Positions 20,670 through 31,559 of a stretch of 64,000 nt of DNA are shown here, in pieces (positions within the stretch are counted from its first letter, which is position 1; every line of letters starts with the position of its first letter). The stretch spans positions 1 through 64,000 of the IMG/VR virus record IMGVR_UViG_3300031787_008607; one strand, given 5' to 3'. The notes under the pieces were generated by a model. That model was not told the DNA's origin, ran no database searches, and saw only the letters and a list, made by a program, of their open reading frames with translations. The stretch is from an uncultured virus (IMG/VR IMGVR_UViG_3300031787_008607) (lineage: Duplodnaviria > Heunggongvirae > Uroviricota > Caudoviricetes). The position numbers were made by a program, and so were the translations under genes.

Positions 20670-20869
20670 TGACAGGTAAAGTATATAAAACAACAAAAGG
20701 TTGGTTCGTTGAAACTAAAAACAATGAAATCATACCAGTACATCCAAAGAGTGAATTGGATGAAATGAATAGTGGTAATAAAGTTAACTTTGATATTGTT
20801 GAAGAGGACAATGGAGGAATTGGTTATACCGAAACATATGAACTAATTAAATACGCAAAAATACTATGA
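20669..20869 (+). CDS. Hypothetical protein
   Basis: ORF. Confidence 0.6.
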   Translation: MTGKVYKTTKGWFVETKNNEIIPVHPKSELDEMNSGNKVNFDIVEEDNGGIGYTETYELIKYAKIL

Positions 20870-21169
20870 AGATAATACCATTTTTTGATATGACTTGGAG
20901 TGAAGACTTTAAACAGGTTGGATTAATCCCGACAATCTTCGTAACTAAAAGCTACGGAAATAGATATAACTTGTGTATAAACTTTTTATGTTTTGATTTT
21001 GGACTATGGGTGATAAAAAGAAAATGACACAACAAGAAATCATTTCAAGGATTATTGTATTAGAATCAATTGTAACAGATGCGGTGTCCAAAGGACACAA
21101 AGCTCATACACACGATGAATTTCAACCATACAGGGAAGAACTTAAAGTATTAAGAAAAAAATTAATTTT

Positions 21170-21445
21170 ATGAGTAAAGTAAGAGTTATTGAAGATTTAA
21201 GTAAATATGAAGATTACCTTACCGTTGGTAAACTTAAAAAGTTTTTAGAGGAACACTCCGAACTACCTGATGATGCTTTGGTTCTAACACAACGAGTGGA
21301 AGACAAGTACTATGAGGAAAATGGTTGGGGTGTTGTATTAAAAGGAAGTGTTTGGTATGAGACGGAACAAGAACAATACCATCCGGCTTGGTGTTGTGTA
21401 AAATATAAGGATGACGATAATCTTTATTTGGATTTACATTATTGA
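21170..21445 (+). CDS. Hypothetical protein
   Basis: ORF. Confidence 0.65.
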   Translation: MSKVRVIEDLSKYEDYLTVGKLKKFLEEHSELPDDALVLTQRVEDKYYEENGWGVVLKGSVWYETEQEQYHPAWCCVKYKDDDNLYLDLHY

Positions 21446-21446
21446 T

Positions 21447-21788
21447 ATGAAAAAGATTAACGGAGAAGTATTATCAGAGCACCCATTTCCAGGTTCTGAG
21501 TTTGTTCAGGATATAATTTATTATGATGGGCCAATCCTATCATTGTATAAGTTTGAAGATAGATTGTTCTTGTGGTATTGGATGGACACCAATGAAATTA
21601 TGAACCGATGGGGTGTTATTGAAACCACAATGGATAGATTACAAACATGGAAAGAGAAAGATTATGTTTGGGAATTTGTTGAAGATTGTGTTTTGAATAA
21701 TGAAGTTTATTTCATAAATTTGGACACTAAAAAGAAGTTTGTTGTTGGGTGGAAGTGTGATGTTAAAGAGTTAGTTAACTACGATTAA
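21447..21788 (+). CDS. Hypothetical protein
   Basis: ORF; YYDGPIL motif; start moved to MKKING. Confidence 0.6.
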   Translation: MKKINGEVLSEHPFPGSEFVQDIIYYDGPILSLYKFEDRLFLWYWMDTNEIMNRWGVIETTMDRLQTWKEKDYVWEFVEDCVLNNEVYFINLDTKKKFVVGWKCDVKELVNYD

Positions 21789-21807
21789 TAATTAAATAAA
21801 TAAATAT

Positions 21808-22206
21808 ATGTTAAAAAAATCAGTTATTTTACCAGTCCTTGCGTCTGTTGTTCTTGTGTTATTCTTAGCGTCATTTGGATTTATGATATCCAAGATGTTG
21901 TATCAAGAAACCCCTGTTAGTAAAGAAACACCTCAGTTTGAAGCACCATCTTGTGAAGATGAATGTGATGAAGATGAGGACAAAATTGAATTTCAAACAT
22001 TGGATACCTGTTTGAGTAGTGAAGAGATGTATCCAGCGGTAGTCGTTGATATTCAAATTGACGAGTATTATGGTAAAGGAAAATACTATGCGGTTACTAC
22101 ACAAAATGGTATTCTTTATTATACTAAAAAGAAACCAAAAATTGGTGATACTGCTATGTTCGTGGATGATAACCACAACATCATCAATTGTGATATGAAT
22201 AAATAA
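21808..22206 (+). CDS. Hypothetical membrane-anchored protein
   Basis: ORF. Confidence 0.65.
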   Translation: MLKKSVILPVLASVVLVLFLASFGFMISKMLYQETPVSKETPQFEAPSCEDECDEDEDKIEFQTLDTCLSSEEMYPAVVVDIQIDEYYGKGKYYAVTTQNGILYYTKKKPKIGDTAMFVDDNHNIINCDMNK

Positions 22207-22214
22207 TAAGGATT

Positions 22215-22421
22215 ATGGATAATTGTTTTGAGGTTAAGAAAATTGCTTACGAAATTACAACGGCTCTAAAATATTTTGAAAAAGAAAGAACTGGATTTGA
22301 AAGTTGTAGTTTAACGGTTCTACCTGAGGTGGAACAATCAAATGATGAAATAATAATCCCTGTTATTACAAAAAATAATAAACAAATAAAAATATCTATA
22401 TCAGTAAATGAAACTGTTTGA
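22215..22421 (+). CDS. Hypothetical protein
   Basis: ORF. Confidence 0.55.
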   Translation: MDNCFEVKKIAYEITTALKYFEKERTGFESCSLTVLPEVEQSNDEIIIPVITKNNKQIKISISVNETV

Positions 22422-22728
22422 TGTAAAATTAGGAAAATGTATTGTGGGGTTTTATTATAAAACTCTATGGACGGATAATACTTTGAAACAAAGTAATTAT
22501 CGTCATGTTGGTGTCTTTACCTCAAGACACTTGGCTTATGTGTGGTATAAAGATGAAAAGACTGGCGAGAAGAAACGAGAGTCAACCTATAACTTTGGTT
22601 TGGACTTGGTTGTGGCTCGTCTTTGGATTTCATTTAACTTCAACAAGAAGAAAGTCAGTAAACCAAAAGAAGACAAACGAAAATTCGTTGAACCACTTTC
22701 AACTGAAGAAGTTGTTTGGGAACAATGA
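22408..22728 (+). CDS. Hypothetical protein
   Basis: ORF. Confidence 0.6.
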   Translation: MKLFDVKLGKCIVGFYYKTLWTDNTLKQSNYRHVGVFTSRHLAYVWYKDEKTGEKKRESTYNFGLDLVVARLWISFNFNKKKVSKPKEDKRKFVEPLSTEEVVWEQ

Positions 22729-22952
22729 AAAAGTATATCCATGTCAATCAACACAAGATAAGGTCCAACAAGAAGAATAACGAGTTAGAACCTGTTATAA
22801 CCATTAAAGAAGGTAGGAAGAATACCTACTGTTCTGAAGTGGAAATCTTGGGACCTAGTCGTGTTGTGTATGGTGGTAATGAAAAGACATTGTTGTCCTG
22901 TGGGGCACGTGTGATAATTGAAACTGAATCGGAGATTAAGATTATAAGATGA
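22725..22952 (+). CDS. Conserved-looking phage hypothetical protein
   Basis: IHVNQHKIRSN...LSCGARV. Confidence 0.7.
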   Translation: MKKYIHVNQHKIRSNKKNNELEPVITIKEGRKNTYCSEVEILGPSRVVYGGNEKTLLSCGARVIIETESEIKIIR

Positions 22953-23311
22953 ATAGAGTTTTTTTAATTGATATTGACGGGACAATATGTGATGATATAA
23001 AAAATGAGGAGTCACATTTATATCCTACGGCAAAGTGTTATCCTGATGCATTAAGGATAATCAATAAGTGGTATGATGAAGGAAACGTCATAACATTTTT
23101 CACCGCACGTGAGAGTAAAGATAGACATGTTACTGAAACTTGGTTGGGTGATAATGGATTTAAATATCACGGATTGGTTATGGATAAACCAAGAATCAAA
23201 GATGGACAGGAATATATTTGGATTGACAATCGTAAGGTAAGAGCGGTTACTTATTTGGGTAACTGGACGGAACTAAAAGAAATTGAAACTAAAATACAAG
23301 TTTTTGAATAA
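22949..23311 (+). CDS. HAD-superfamily phosphatase
   Basis: DIDGT, FTAR, KP, WID. Confidence 0.85.
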   Translation: MNRVFLIDIDGTICDDIKNEESHLYPTAKCYPDALRIINKWYDEGNVITFFTARESKDRHVTETWLGDNGFKYHGLVMDKPRIKDGQEYIWIDNRKVRAVTYLGNWTELKEIETKIQVFE

Positions 23312-23312
23312 T

Positions 23313-23666
23313 ATGGCAACACTTGAATCACAGTATTGGAAGTTTTTGGAGGACAACCCTGGCTCAACTCTTACCTTTGAAGAGTGGAATGTTGAATTGG
23401 TTAAACGAATTAAAATGGGTTTTGAAAACAGGAAAAATAATTTAGATGAACAACTTGAAGAGTTTGAAATGGTTCGTTATAGAATGGAAGCTGAAGGTTT
23501 CCATTATTGTTTCAAACATTATTCATCATTCAAAGAAGTTCAGGATGAAAAGTTCCACGAATTGAGAAGAAAGTATTTGGAGATATCTCACGAGCTTGAG
23601 GAGTATATCCATTCAAAGATTAACGAATTAAGAAATGAAATTGATGGATTGGAAGACATCATTTAA
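23313..23666 (+). CDS. Hypothetical protein
   Basis: ORF (MATLESQ start). Confidence 0.6.
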   Translation: MATLESQYWKFLEDNPGSTLTFEEWNVELVKRIKMGFENRKNNLDEQLEEFEMVRYRMEAEGFHYCFKHYSSFKEVQDEKFHELRRKYLEISHELEEYIHSKINELRNEIDGLEDII

Positions 23667-23681
23667 ATAAGGAAAAATAAT

Positions 23682-23999
23682 ATGAAATTAGGAGAATTTA
23701 TTAAGAACTTTAGTCATAACAACATCATTAGGTTACATTACAAGGAACCTGGTGGTCGTGGACTTGTATTGAGAGATTGGAACGATGTTTCAATGGACCA
23801 CGAAATACTAAAAGGTAAAGGTAAGAATAGGCATTACATCAATAATGAAGTGGTAGGTCTTGCATCAATAAACCTTAAATCTGAGTTAGGACATCATTAT
23901 CCTGAGGCAATCAATATTGTAATTGAACCATTGGAAAATCAACCTTATATTGAGGAAACTCCTGACGATACTGAATTTAATACTGAAAGTTATGAATAA
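23682..23999 (+). CDS. Hypothetical protein
   Basis: ORF. Confidence 0.6.
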   Translation: MKLGEFIKNFSHNNIIRLHYKEPGGRGLVLRDWNDVSMDHEILKGKGKNRHYINNEVVGLASINLKSELGHHYPEAINIVIEPLENQPYIEETPDDTEFNTESYE

Positions 24000-24282
24000 C
24001 GAAATTGAAATAAACCCAGTACCCGAAGTGGTTGCTGACACAAGACGACTTTGTGAAATACGATTTGATTGTATGGTAACAATGCATGATGCTGCGTTTA
24101 GAAAGTATAAGGGAGTATTAGGACATGAACAACAATCCAAAACACCCCAATGGTTTAAGTCCAACACTACACTCACATTAGAGTTTATTAAAGACGCTGA
24201 ACCTCAACTTATAGGTGAACACATCAAACAAATGTTTCATCAATTAGAACAAACAATAGAACAATATGAACAACCTAGATAA
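23992..24282 (+). CDS. Hypothetical protein
   Basis: ORF (MNNEIEI start). Confidence 0.55.
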   Translation: MNNEIEINPVPEVVADTRRLCEIRFDCMVTMHDAAFRKYKGVLGHEQQSKTPQWFKSNTTLTLEFIKDAEPQLIGEHIKQMFHQLEQTIEQYEQPR

Positions 24283-25381
24283 ACAATACCAAACATTACT
24301 CCAAACCATTTTAGATTTTGGGGTGGAGAAGAAAGACCGAACTGGTACAGGAACCAAATCAATTTTTGGTTATACCATTCGTCATAATATGAAAGATGGT
24401 TTTCCACTTCTTACAACCAAGAAGATGGCTTGGAAAACTATGGTAACTGAATTACTGTGGTTTTTAACAGGTGATACCAACATCAAGTACCTTGTTGATA
24501 ACAATTGTCATATTTGGGATGGTGATGCGTATAAGAACTATCTTAAACATACAATAACTGGTGTAGAAAATGGTTTAGATAGAATTAAAGGACATTTAGA
24601 TAATTGTTTGGTTGAATTTGAAGGTTCCTACGAACACTTTACAAATCCATCATTTGCATATGGTTTTAGACCACACACACAAGAAGAATTCATCAACAAA
24701 ATCAAAACAGATGATGCGTTTGCTAAACAATGGGGTGAATTAGGTCCTGTGTATGGTAAGCAATGGAGAAGTTGGAAACAATGGCACGTTAAAGATTACG
24801 TAGGTGGAAATATTCAAATTGACCAAATCTCAATTCTAATCAACGACCTTAAAACAAACCCAGACTCAAGACGATTGATGGTCAATGCTTGGAATGTAGG
24901 TGAAATAGACCAAATGGTTCTTCCACCTTGTCATTATGGATTTCAAGTTTATACGAGAGAGTTGAGTTGGGGTGAAAGAAGTGATATTTATTATAAAAAA
25001 TATCCAGTGGGTACTGATGATATTAAGTCTGATGAATATTATGATGAATTACACATCCCTAGTAGAGCAATCTCTTTAATGTGGAATCAACGTTCAGTAG
25101 ACACATTCTTGGGATTACCATTCAATATTGCAAGTTATGGATTGTTATTGACTATGATTGCTGATGAAGTGAATATGGTTCCTGATGAATTGATTGGTAA
25201 CTTGGGTGATACTCACATTTACCTAAATCATATTGAACAAGCAAAAGAACAGATTGGTAGAGAACCATACGACTTACCAAAGGTTAGTGTTAGAGATGGG
25301 ATATTCTGTAGTTCAATCAATGATGTTATTTTGGAGAACTACCAATCACACCCATCAATTAAAGCACCATTAAGTAATTAA
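24266..25381 (+). CDS. thyA: Thymidylate synthase
   Basis: DRTGTGT, FPLLTTKK, LPPCH, QRSVDTFLGLPFN. Confidence 0.97.
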   Translation: MNNLDKQYQTLLQTILDFGVEKKDRTGTGTKSIFGYTIRHNMKDGFPLLTTKKMAWKTMVTELLWFLTGDTNIKYLVDNNCHIWDGDAYKNYLKHTITGVENGLDRIKGHLDNCLVEFEGSYEHFTNPSFAYGFRPHTQEEFINKIKTDDAFAKQWGELGPVYGKQWRSWKQWHVKDYVGGNIQIDQISILINDLKTNPDSRRLMVNAWNVGEIDQMVLPPCHYGFQVYTRELSWGERSDIYYKKYPVGTDDIKSDEYYDELHIPSRAISLMWNQRSVDTFLGLPFNIASYGLLLTMIADEVNMVPDELIGNLGDTHIYLNHIEQAKEQIGREPYDLPKVSVRDGIFCSSINDVILENYQSHPSIKAPLSN

Positions 25382-25541
25382 CCTATGACCGCAACATTAG
25401 AACCTGTAACTCATATTGACACATCAGATGTGTTATATGATACAAAAATGAAACATCTATGTGTTTATCCACAAGGTGTAGAGACCTTTGACGAGGAGTA
25501 TATTAAGAAGAATTGTTTAAAAATAGTAATTACTGAATAAT

Positions 25542-26084
25542 ATGAAAGAACTAATTAAAAAGATTTTAAAAGAAGAAACAAAGGAAAAGTTTGATTACGG
25601 ATGTGTGATGTTGTATTACGATTTCCCTGAAATGGAAAACATTCATAACATCATTGAACCCAATGACATTTACCACCAAGAAGGTGATAGAAGTTTTGGA
25701 TTGGAAGATGAACCACATACAACATTATTGTTTGGATTACACGATGATGTGACAGATGAAGATGTGTCAAAAGTGTTGAATAAATACAAGTACTCAACTT
25801 GTAAACTATACAATCCGTCTTTATTTGAAAACCCTGATTATGATGTGTTAAAGTTTGATGTTAAGGGTGATAATCTTCATAAGACAAATGCTGATTTAAG
25901 AAGATACCCTCACACCAATTCATTCCCTGATTATCATCCACATACCACAATAGGTTATTTGAAACCTGGTATGGGTAGAAAGTATGTGAATAAACTCAAA
26001 GGTATGAACTATTCATTGTCGCCACAATATGCGGTTTATTCAAAACCAAATGGGGATAAAGTTAGAATGGATATTAATCTTTAA
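25542..26084 (+). CDS. 2H phosphoesterase (Acb1/T4 57B-like) with leader peptide
   Basis: Two HxT motifs (PHTTL, PHTTI); MKELIKKILKEE leader. Confidence 0.75.
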   Translation: MKELIKKILKEETKEKFDYGCVMLYYDFPEMENIHNIIEPNDIYHQEGDRSFGLEDEPHTTLLFGLHDDVTDEDVSKVLNKYKYSTCKLYNPSLFENPDYDVLKFDVKGDNLHKTNADLRRYPHTNSFPDYHPHTTIGYLKPGMGRKYVNKLKGMNYSLSPQYAVYSKPNGDKVRMDINL

Positions 26085-26086
26085 TT

Positions 26087-26281
26087 ATGGACAATTTTAC
26101 ACACATATTAAATCGTATTAAAACTCAATTGGATAATGTTAATTACGACAACGGAGATGTCTCGGATGTTGGAAATGAAATTGGTATTGTGTTGGGTGAG
26201 TTTATAACAACTGAAAGTGAATTACAAGATTTTATTACAGGAATAAGACACGGAATGTCATTAACAAATGGAACACACTAA
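26087..26281 (+). CDS. Hypothetical protein
   Basis: ORF. Confidence 0.6.
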   Translation: MDNFTHILNRIKTQLDNVNYDNGDVSDVGNEIGIVLGEFITTESELQDFITGIRHGMSLTNGTH

Positions 26282-26672
26282 AAGGTATCCCGATAATGTT
26301 GTATGGAGTGAAGAACGTGGATACTACGCTCACCTGTTACCATACGCAACAAATGTCGGAGCACCTGTCATCATACCTGATAATATATCGACATGGAAGA
26401 ACGAAAAAATATTAAAGACAAACCATTACTTCCAAAAGAAATATCAAGAAATCAAAGAACAATACGACGACTTACTCAAAGAGTTTGAATGGAATAGTGT
26501 TGTCTATGGTTCACATTATAACTTTCAACCAATAATTGGTGAAACATATTACTTATATCGTAGACAAGATGGGGAATTATTCTTATCAATTATTAAACCA
26601 ACAGAATGGAAACAAGAATATGTTGGTGAGTTTGAGTTGGACTCAGAAAATAAATGGATTAAAAAAGATTAA
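26268..26672 (+). CDS. DUF2452-like protein
   Basis: LPYATNVGAP...FQPIIGETYYLY...LSII.P.EW. Confidence 0.65.
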   Translation: MEHTKRYPDNVVWSEERGYYAHLLPYATNVGAPVIIPDNISTWKNEKILKTNHYFQKKYQEIKEQYDDLLKEFEWNSVVYGSHYNFQPIIGETYYLYRRQDGELFLSIIKPTEWKQEYVGEFELDSENKWIKKD

Positions 26673-27539
26673 ATGAAAGGAATTATTTTAGCAGCTGGTT
26701 CAGGTACCAGATTACACCCACTAACAATATCGGTGACTAAACAATTAATGCCTGTATACGATAAACCGATGATATATTATCCACTATCAACATTGATGTC
26801 TTTGGGTATCAAAGATATTTTAATTATTGTTCGGTCTGTTGATAAACACTTGTTTGAGGAATTACTTGGAGATGGAAAACAATTTGGTATTAACTTAAGT
26901 TATAGAATACAACCATCACCTGATGGATTAGCACAAGCATTCATTATTGGTGAGGACTTCATTGGTGATGATAGTGTTGCGTTGGTTCTTGGAGATAATA
27001 TATTTTCAGGATTGGATATCAAAAAAATAAAGAAATCGATTAAGAACATATATGGTTCAATGATATTTGCATACCATGTTCACGACCCTGAAAGATACGG
27101 TGTGGTTGAGTTTGATGAGGAATGTAATGTGGTAAGTTTGGATGAGAAACCAACACTTCCAAAATCAAATTATGCTGTTCCAGGTTTATACTTCTACGAT
27201 AATAATGTGATACAGATTGCCAAGAAGATTAAACCATCTTGGAGAGGTGAACTTGAGATTACTGATGTAAATAGAGATTATCTTAATAGAAATATGTTAA
27301 AGGTTCAAGTGTTAGAACGAGGAACTGCGTGGTTAGATACTGGTACGTTTGAATCACTCATTCAAGCGTCTCAATATGTCCAAAGTATTGAAGATAGACA
27401 AGGACTAAAGATTGGATGTATTGAAGAAATCGCGTATCAAAATAAATGGATTAATAAAGGTGAACTTATTTATTTTGCTGAAAAATACCACAAGAATACT
27501 TACGGAAAATATCTTAAAGGATTGATTGATAGATTGTAG
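26673..27539 (+). CDS. rfbA: Glucose-1-phosphate thymidylyltransferase
   Basis: [44 protein letters not shown]. Confidence 0.96.
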   Translation: MKGIILAAGSGTRLHPLTISVTKQLMPVYDKPMIYYPLSTLMSLGIKDILIIVRSVDKHLFEELLGDGKQFGINLSYRIQPSPDGLAQAFIIGEDFIGDDSVALVLGDNIFSGLDIKKIKKSIKNIYGSMIFAYHVHDPERYGVVEFDEECNVVSLDEKPTLPKSNYAVPGLYFYDNNVIQIAKKIKPSWRGELEITDVNRDYLNRNMLKVQVLERGTAWLDTGTFESLIQASQYVQSIEDRQGLKIGCIEEIAYQNKWINKGELIYFAEKYHKNTYGKYLKGLIDRL

Positions 27540-27550
27540 TATTTATCAAT

Positions 27551-28177
27551 ATGAAAAAAATATTATTAATCTTTTTGACCTTAGTGTCATTTGCTGGGTT
27601 TAGTCAAACCTACGATGTTGTAATCAAAAAACCTAACTACACTTCTTATTTTGAAAATGATTTTAGAAATCCTACTGTGGTTGTCTATAATCTATATCAT
27701 GGTGGTGGTGATTGTAAAAGGGATAAATTTTACTTTAAGAATGACGAACCAAAGGTTGTTACAGCAACTGACGCTGAGTATCTTAAATCAGGATTTGATA
27801 AGGGTCACATGGCAAATGCTGAGGACTTTGCTTATGATTGTACTTTAGATGAACTTACATTTAGATATTACAATTGTGTTCCACAATACCCAAGAATGAA
27901 TAGAGGCCCGTGGAAAAAAATTGAAACATCTGTTAGAGAAATGAGTCAGAAACAATCTTTAAAAATTGTTTGTGTTAATATCTATTCAGATAAGTTTATA
28001 CCGAACACAAAAATAGGTGTCCCAACAGTGTGTTTAAAGTTTGTGTATGATAGTAAAACAAACAAACCAATTATTGCTTATTGGGTTACGAATGAAAACA
28101 ACCATACTTCAGGTTCAGGAACTGTACAAGAAATTGAGAAAAAATACAAACTTAAATTAAATCAATTTTTGAATTAA
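27551..28177 (+). CDS. Secreted DNA/RNA non-specific endonuclease
   Basis: Signal peptide; FDKGHM, PQ..MNRGPW..IE. Confidence 0.88.
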   Translation: MKKILLIFLTLVSFAGFSQTYDVVIKKPNYTSYFENDFRNPTVVVYNLYHGGGDCKRDKFYFKNDEPKVVTATDAEYLKSGFDKGHMANAEDFAYDCTLDELTFRYYNCVPQYPRMNRGPWKKIETSVREMSQKQSLKIVCVNIYSDKFIPNTKIGVPTVCLKFVYDSKTNKPIIAYWVTNENNHTSGSGTVQEIEKKYKLKLNQFLN

Positions 28178-28391
28178 GGTTTGACAAAAATAGTAGTTTA
28201 TTTTATATTTTATCTATGAGTGTTAATAGTTCGGATTTAATAGAAGAAATGATTCATGAGGCATATTCTAAAGATATGTATAATGAATTATTTGATTTAT
28301 CTAAAAAATATAGAGAAGTGGATGGGATGTCATTTCACGAGTCTTTTGAGAAGGCGTATTACGAACTTGGAATTAACGAAATTGATTAAAT

Positions 28392-29411
28392 ATGATATAT
28401 AAATTAGAATACATTTGGTTAGATGGATATACTCCTGAACCAAACTTAAGAAGTAAAACAAAAGTTTTAACACTGGAAAATGAACCTGTTTTAGAATCAC
28501 TTCCGATTTGGAATTTCGATGGTTCATCAACACAACAAGCTGAAGGTAATTTTTCAGACTGTCTCTTAAAACCAGTTAAGATGGTTCGAGACCCACAAAG
28601 AAAGAACGGTTATTTAGTTCTTTGTGAAGTTCTTAATCCTGATATGACTCCACACGTGTCAAATACTCGTTCACACATTAAAGATAATATGAATATGTGG
28701 GTTGGATTTGAACAAGAATATTTCATTTACGAAGGTGAGTTACCATTGGGACATACCAAAGGTAAAATGAAACCACAAGGTGAGTATTACTGTGGTATTG
28801 GAACTGATAATGTATCAGGACGTAATATAGTTGAACATCATTTGGATATTTGTTTATCTGCTGGACTTAATGTTACAGGTATTAACGCTGAAGTTGCTCT
28901 TGGACAATGGGAATTTCAAGTAATGGGTAAAGGAACTTTGGAATCTTGTGACCAACTTATCCTTTGTCGTTATTTACTACAAAGAGTTGCTGAAACTTAT
29001 AATGTTAAAATTGAATATCACCCAAAACCTTTACATGGTGATTGGAACGGTTCAGGATTACATACAAACTTCTCAAATAAAAAGATGAGAGAAGTTGGTG
29101 GAAAAGAATACTTCGACGCTATCTTCAATGTATTTGAATTAAATCATATGAAACATATTGAAAATTATGGAGCATATAATGAAATGAGATTAACTGGTAA
29201 ACATGAAACGCAATCTATTGATAAATTTAGTTATGGTATATCAGATAGAGGTTCATCAATAAGAATACCACAAGCAACGGTTAATAACGGATGGAAAGGT
29301 TATGTTGAAGACAGACGACCAGCATCCAATGGTGACCCATATAAAATTATGAAAGTAATTTCTGAATCGGTAAATCAAGCCGAAGTTAACTTTTCTTTCC
29401 AAACAATTTAA
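28392..29411 (+). CDS. glnA: Glutamine synthetase type II
   Basis: EYIWLDG, WNFDGSST, GQWEFQ, DWNGSGLH, EDRRPASN. Confidence 0.95.
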   Translation: MIYKLEYIWLDGYTPEPNLRSKTKVLTLENEPVLESLPIWNFDGSSTQQAEGNFSDCLLKPVKMVRDPQRKNGYLVLCEVLNPDMTPHVSNTRSHIKDNMNMWVGFEQEYFIYEGELPLGHTKGKMKPQGEYYCGIGTDNVSGRNIVEHHLDICLSAGLNVTGINAEVALGQWEFQVMGKGTLESCDQLILCRYLLQRVAETYNVKIEYHPKPLHGDWNGSGLHTNFSNKKMREVGGKEYFDAIFNVFELNHMKHIENYGAYNEMRLTGKHETQSIDKFSYGISDRGSSIRIPQATVNNGWKGYVEDRRPASNGDPYKIMKVISESVNQAEVNFSFQTI

Positions 29412-29854
29412 TGGAGTTAATTACAACTTATATATGTAAAAAAAGTGATATTGGAGTCCACGACAACATGTTTGGAGGGACAATAATGTCATTAATTGAT
29501 GACTCGGCGGCTTCATACGCAGCACAGATATGTGACACATCAAGAATGGTAACGATTAAGATTGATGAGTTATTATTTAAGAGTCCTGTTAAAGTTGGGA
29601 GTTTATTAAAGATTTATGGTAGGGTTGATAAGTTCGGGACAACATCAATTAAATTATATATTGAAGTTAGAAAACATAATGTCCATACTGGTAAACAAGA
29701 GGCAGTTACTCAAACATATATAACATTTGTAAGAATAGATGGTGATGGTAAAGCAATCCCTATTCACCAATATGTTAAGGATAGATACTACGAAAGATAC
29801 GAAAAATTTGGTAAAGGATTACTTTCTTTAGACGAAAAACAAAGTAATGATTGA
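29411..29854 (+). CDS. Acyl-CoA thioesterase (hotdog fold)
   Basis: NMFGGTIMSLID, VTIKID...F..PV.VG. Confidence 0.88.
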   Translation: MELITTYICKKSDIGVHDNMFGGTIMSLIDDSAASYAAQICDTSRMVTIKIDELLFKSPVKVGSLLKIYGRVDKFGTTSIKLYIEVRKHNVHTGKQEAVTQTYITFVRIDGDGKAIPIHQYVKDRYYERYEKFGKGLLSLDEKQSND

Positions 29855-30155
29855 TTTGTTAAAGAAGAATGATTTGTTCTTTCTTAAACAAGTTAAAGAA
29901 CAAATTCTGACTAGATACAATCTTCCTTTTGACTGTCTATCTATTGAATACATGGATGAGGTTTACTTCAAGATTCACTTCATAATGAAAAAGATTCCGT
30001 TTGAAGTTTATTTTCATAGATATGAAATTTTAGAAGAGGTTGAAAATGATTTGAAAACTTTTTTAAAGATAATTAATCCTGAAAGACAGATTCATCATTT
30101 AAGGGTTTATGTTGACTATAGACCACAAAATAAAAACTTATTAAATTTTGTTTGA
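29847..30155 (+). CDS. Hypothetical protein
   Basis: ORF. Confidence 0.6.
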   Translation: MIDLLKKNDLFFLKQVKEQILTRYNLPFDCLSIEYMDEVYFKIHFIMKKIPFEVYFHRYEILEEVENDLKTFLKIINPERQIHHLRVYVDYRPQNKNLLNFV

Positions 30156-30483
30156 CATGAAGTATGATTACTATGGTTTGAAGTCTAAGTTGGATGATTT
30201 TTTAAATTTATACGATGAGGATATTGTTAAACAAGGTTGGACTATAATATCTAAACCGTGTGACGACTGTAAGGATTACGATATTAATTTAAGATACTCT
30301 GACCCTAAATATTGTTATGAGACAACAACGGGGAGTAAGAAATATAATTTGGATTATCTATTTGTTGAAAAAATAGATAAGAACAAACAAAATAAGACAA
30401 TATTTGCTTCAGCTAAAAAGATGGGTTTAGAGATAAATGATAAAGGTTTAATCTCTAATTTAGGCAATATCAAACTTTCTTGA
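30148..30483 (+). CDS. Hypothetical protein
   Basis: ORF. Confidence 0.55.
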   Translation: MFDMKYDYYGLKSKLDDFLNLYDEDIVKQGWTIISKPCDDCKDYDINLRYSDPKYCYETTTGSKKYNLDYLFVEKIDKNKQNKTIFASAKKMGLEINDKGLISNLGNIKLS

Positions 30484-31371
30484 ATATTTTACAGCATTAT
30501 CTCTGTGACTTGATACTCCACCACCGGCGTTGATATCTGCAAAATATTCTGCGGCTTGTTTCTTTGTTTCAAATTTCGGAAATCCTGACTTTTTTCCTTT
30601 TGTGAAGAACATGATTGCTACTTGAGCGGCGGTTAATGGGTTATTGACTTCATCAGGGTTCCCAACTAAATCTTTACCAATTAGACCACCATATTTTCGA
30701 TAGTTTCCTATACCTGTTAACTGATTAAATCCTCTACCTCTATATTTGTAGCCATCATTGTCATCAGTTCCATTTTTACCATTACCAACAGTATTGGCAT
30801 ATATTAAATTGTAAAACTTTTTATCATCTTGTTTAAGTTGATTGATTTCAGAATCTGAAAGATGAGAAACTCTTTTTCCAAAAAGATGTCTTATTCTACC
30901 AACACCTGTATTAGAATAAGATGTTTCTGATTTTGGTATGTAGTTACTTTCTTTACCAATTACGGATAGTATACCAATTTGAGCCATTGGGTCTGTAATA
31001 CCAAAATCATTCATTGCATCAACCAATAAATCAATGTTTCTCGCTCTTTTTCCTGAAAATTTGTGAATTAATTTACCTGAAAAATTATCCTCATTTCCAT
31101 ATGTTAAATCATTAAGTTTTGCGTCTGTAAATTTATCCTTAAGATATTTTTCTTCCTCACCTGTTAAATCTTCTTTATTATTTGTGATGTTGTTAATAAT
31201 TTTACTTACATCTGTTGTACCAAAAGTTTCTTCCGCAAACTTTTTAACCGCTTGACCTACCTCTGTTTGTTTTAAATAATCAATCGCATCATCTAAAAAA
31301 CCTTCATTTAGATTATATAATTTTTTAATATCTTTTTTTTCGTTTTCAGAAATAATAAGTTTTTTACTCAT
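30460..31371 (-). CDS. GH19-family lysozyme/chitinase-like protein with leader peptide
   Basis: KES, DGYKYRGRGFNQLTG..NY, INAG; MSKKLIISENEK leader. Confidence 0.85.
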   Translation of the reverse strand: MSKKLIISENEKKDIKKLYNLNEGFLDDAIDYLKQTEVGQAVKKFAEETFGTTDVSKIINNITNNKEDLTGEEEKYLKDKFTDAKLNDLTYGNEDNFSGKLIHKFSGKRARNIDLLVDAMNDFGITDPMAQIGILSVIGKESNYIPKSETSYSNTGVGRIRHLFGKRVSHLSDSEINQLKQDDKKFYNLIYANTVGNGKNGTDDNDGYKYRGRGFNQLTGIGNYRKYGGLIGKDLVGNPDEVNNPLTAAQVAIMFFTKGKKSGFPKFETKKQAAEYFADINAGGGVSSHRDNAVKYSRKFDIA

Positions 31372-31559
31372 AACATTGTTTTTATAATAAATATTATCTT
31401 ATATTTGTTTGTAAACAAAACACATGATTTTAGTATTATTTTGGGTAGTTATTGCAAGGTTTGTTAGATTACTAATAACTAAAGAAAAACCAACATTCAA
31501 GGAAGAGTTGGGTGAGTTTGTTTTCCATTACCTTTTCGCTTTGGTAATCTACTTTATTC

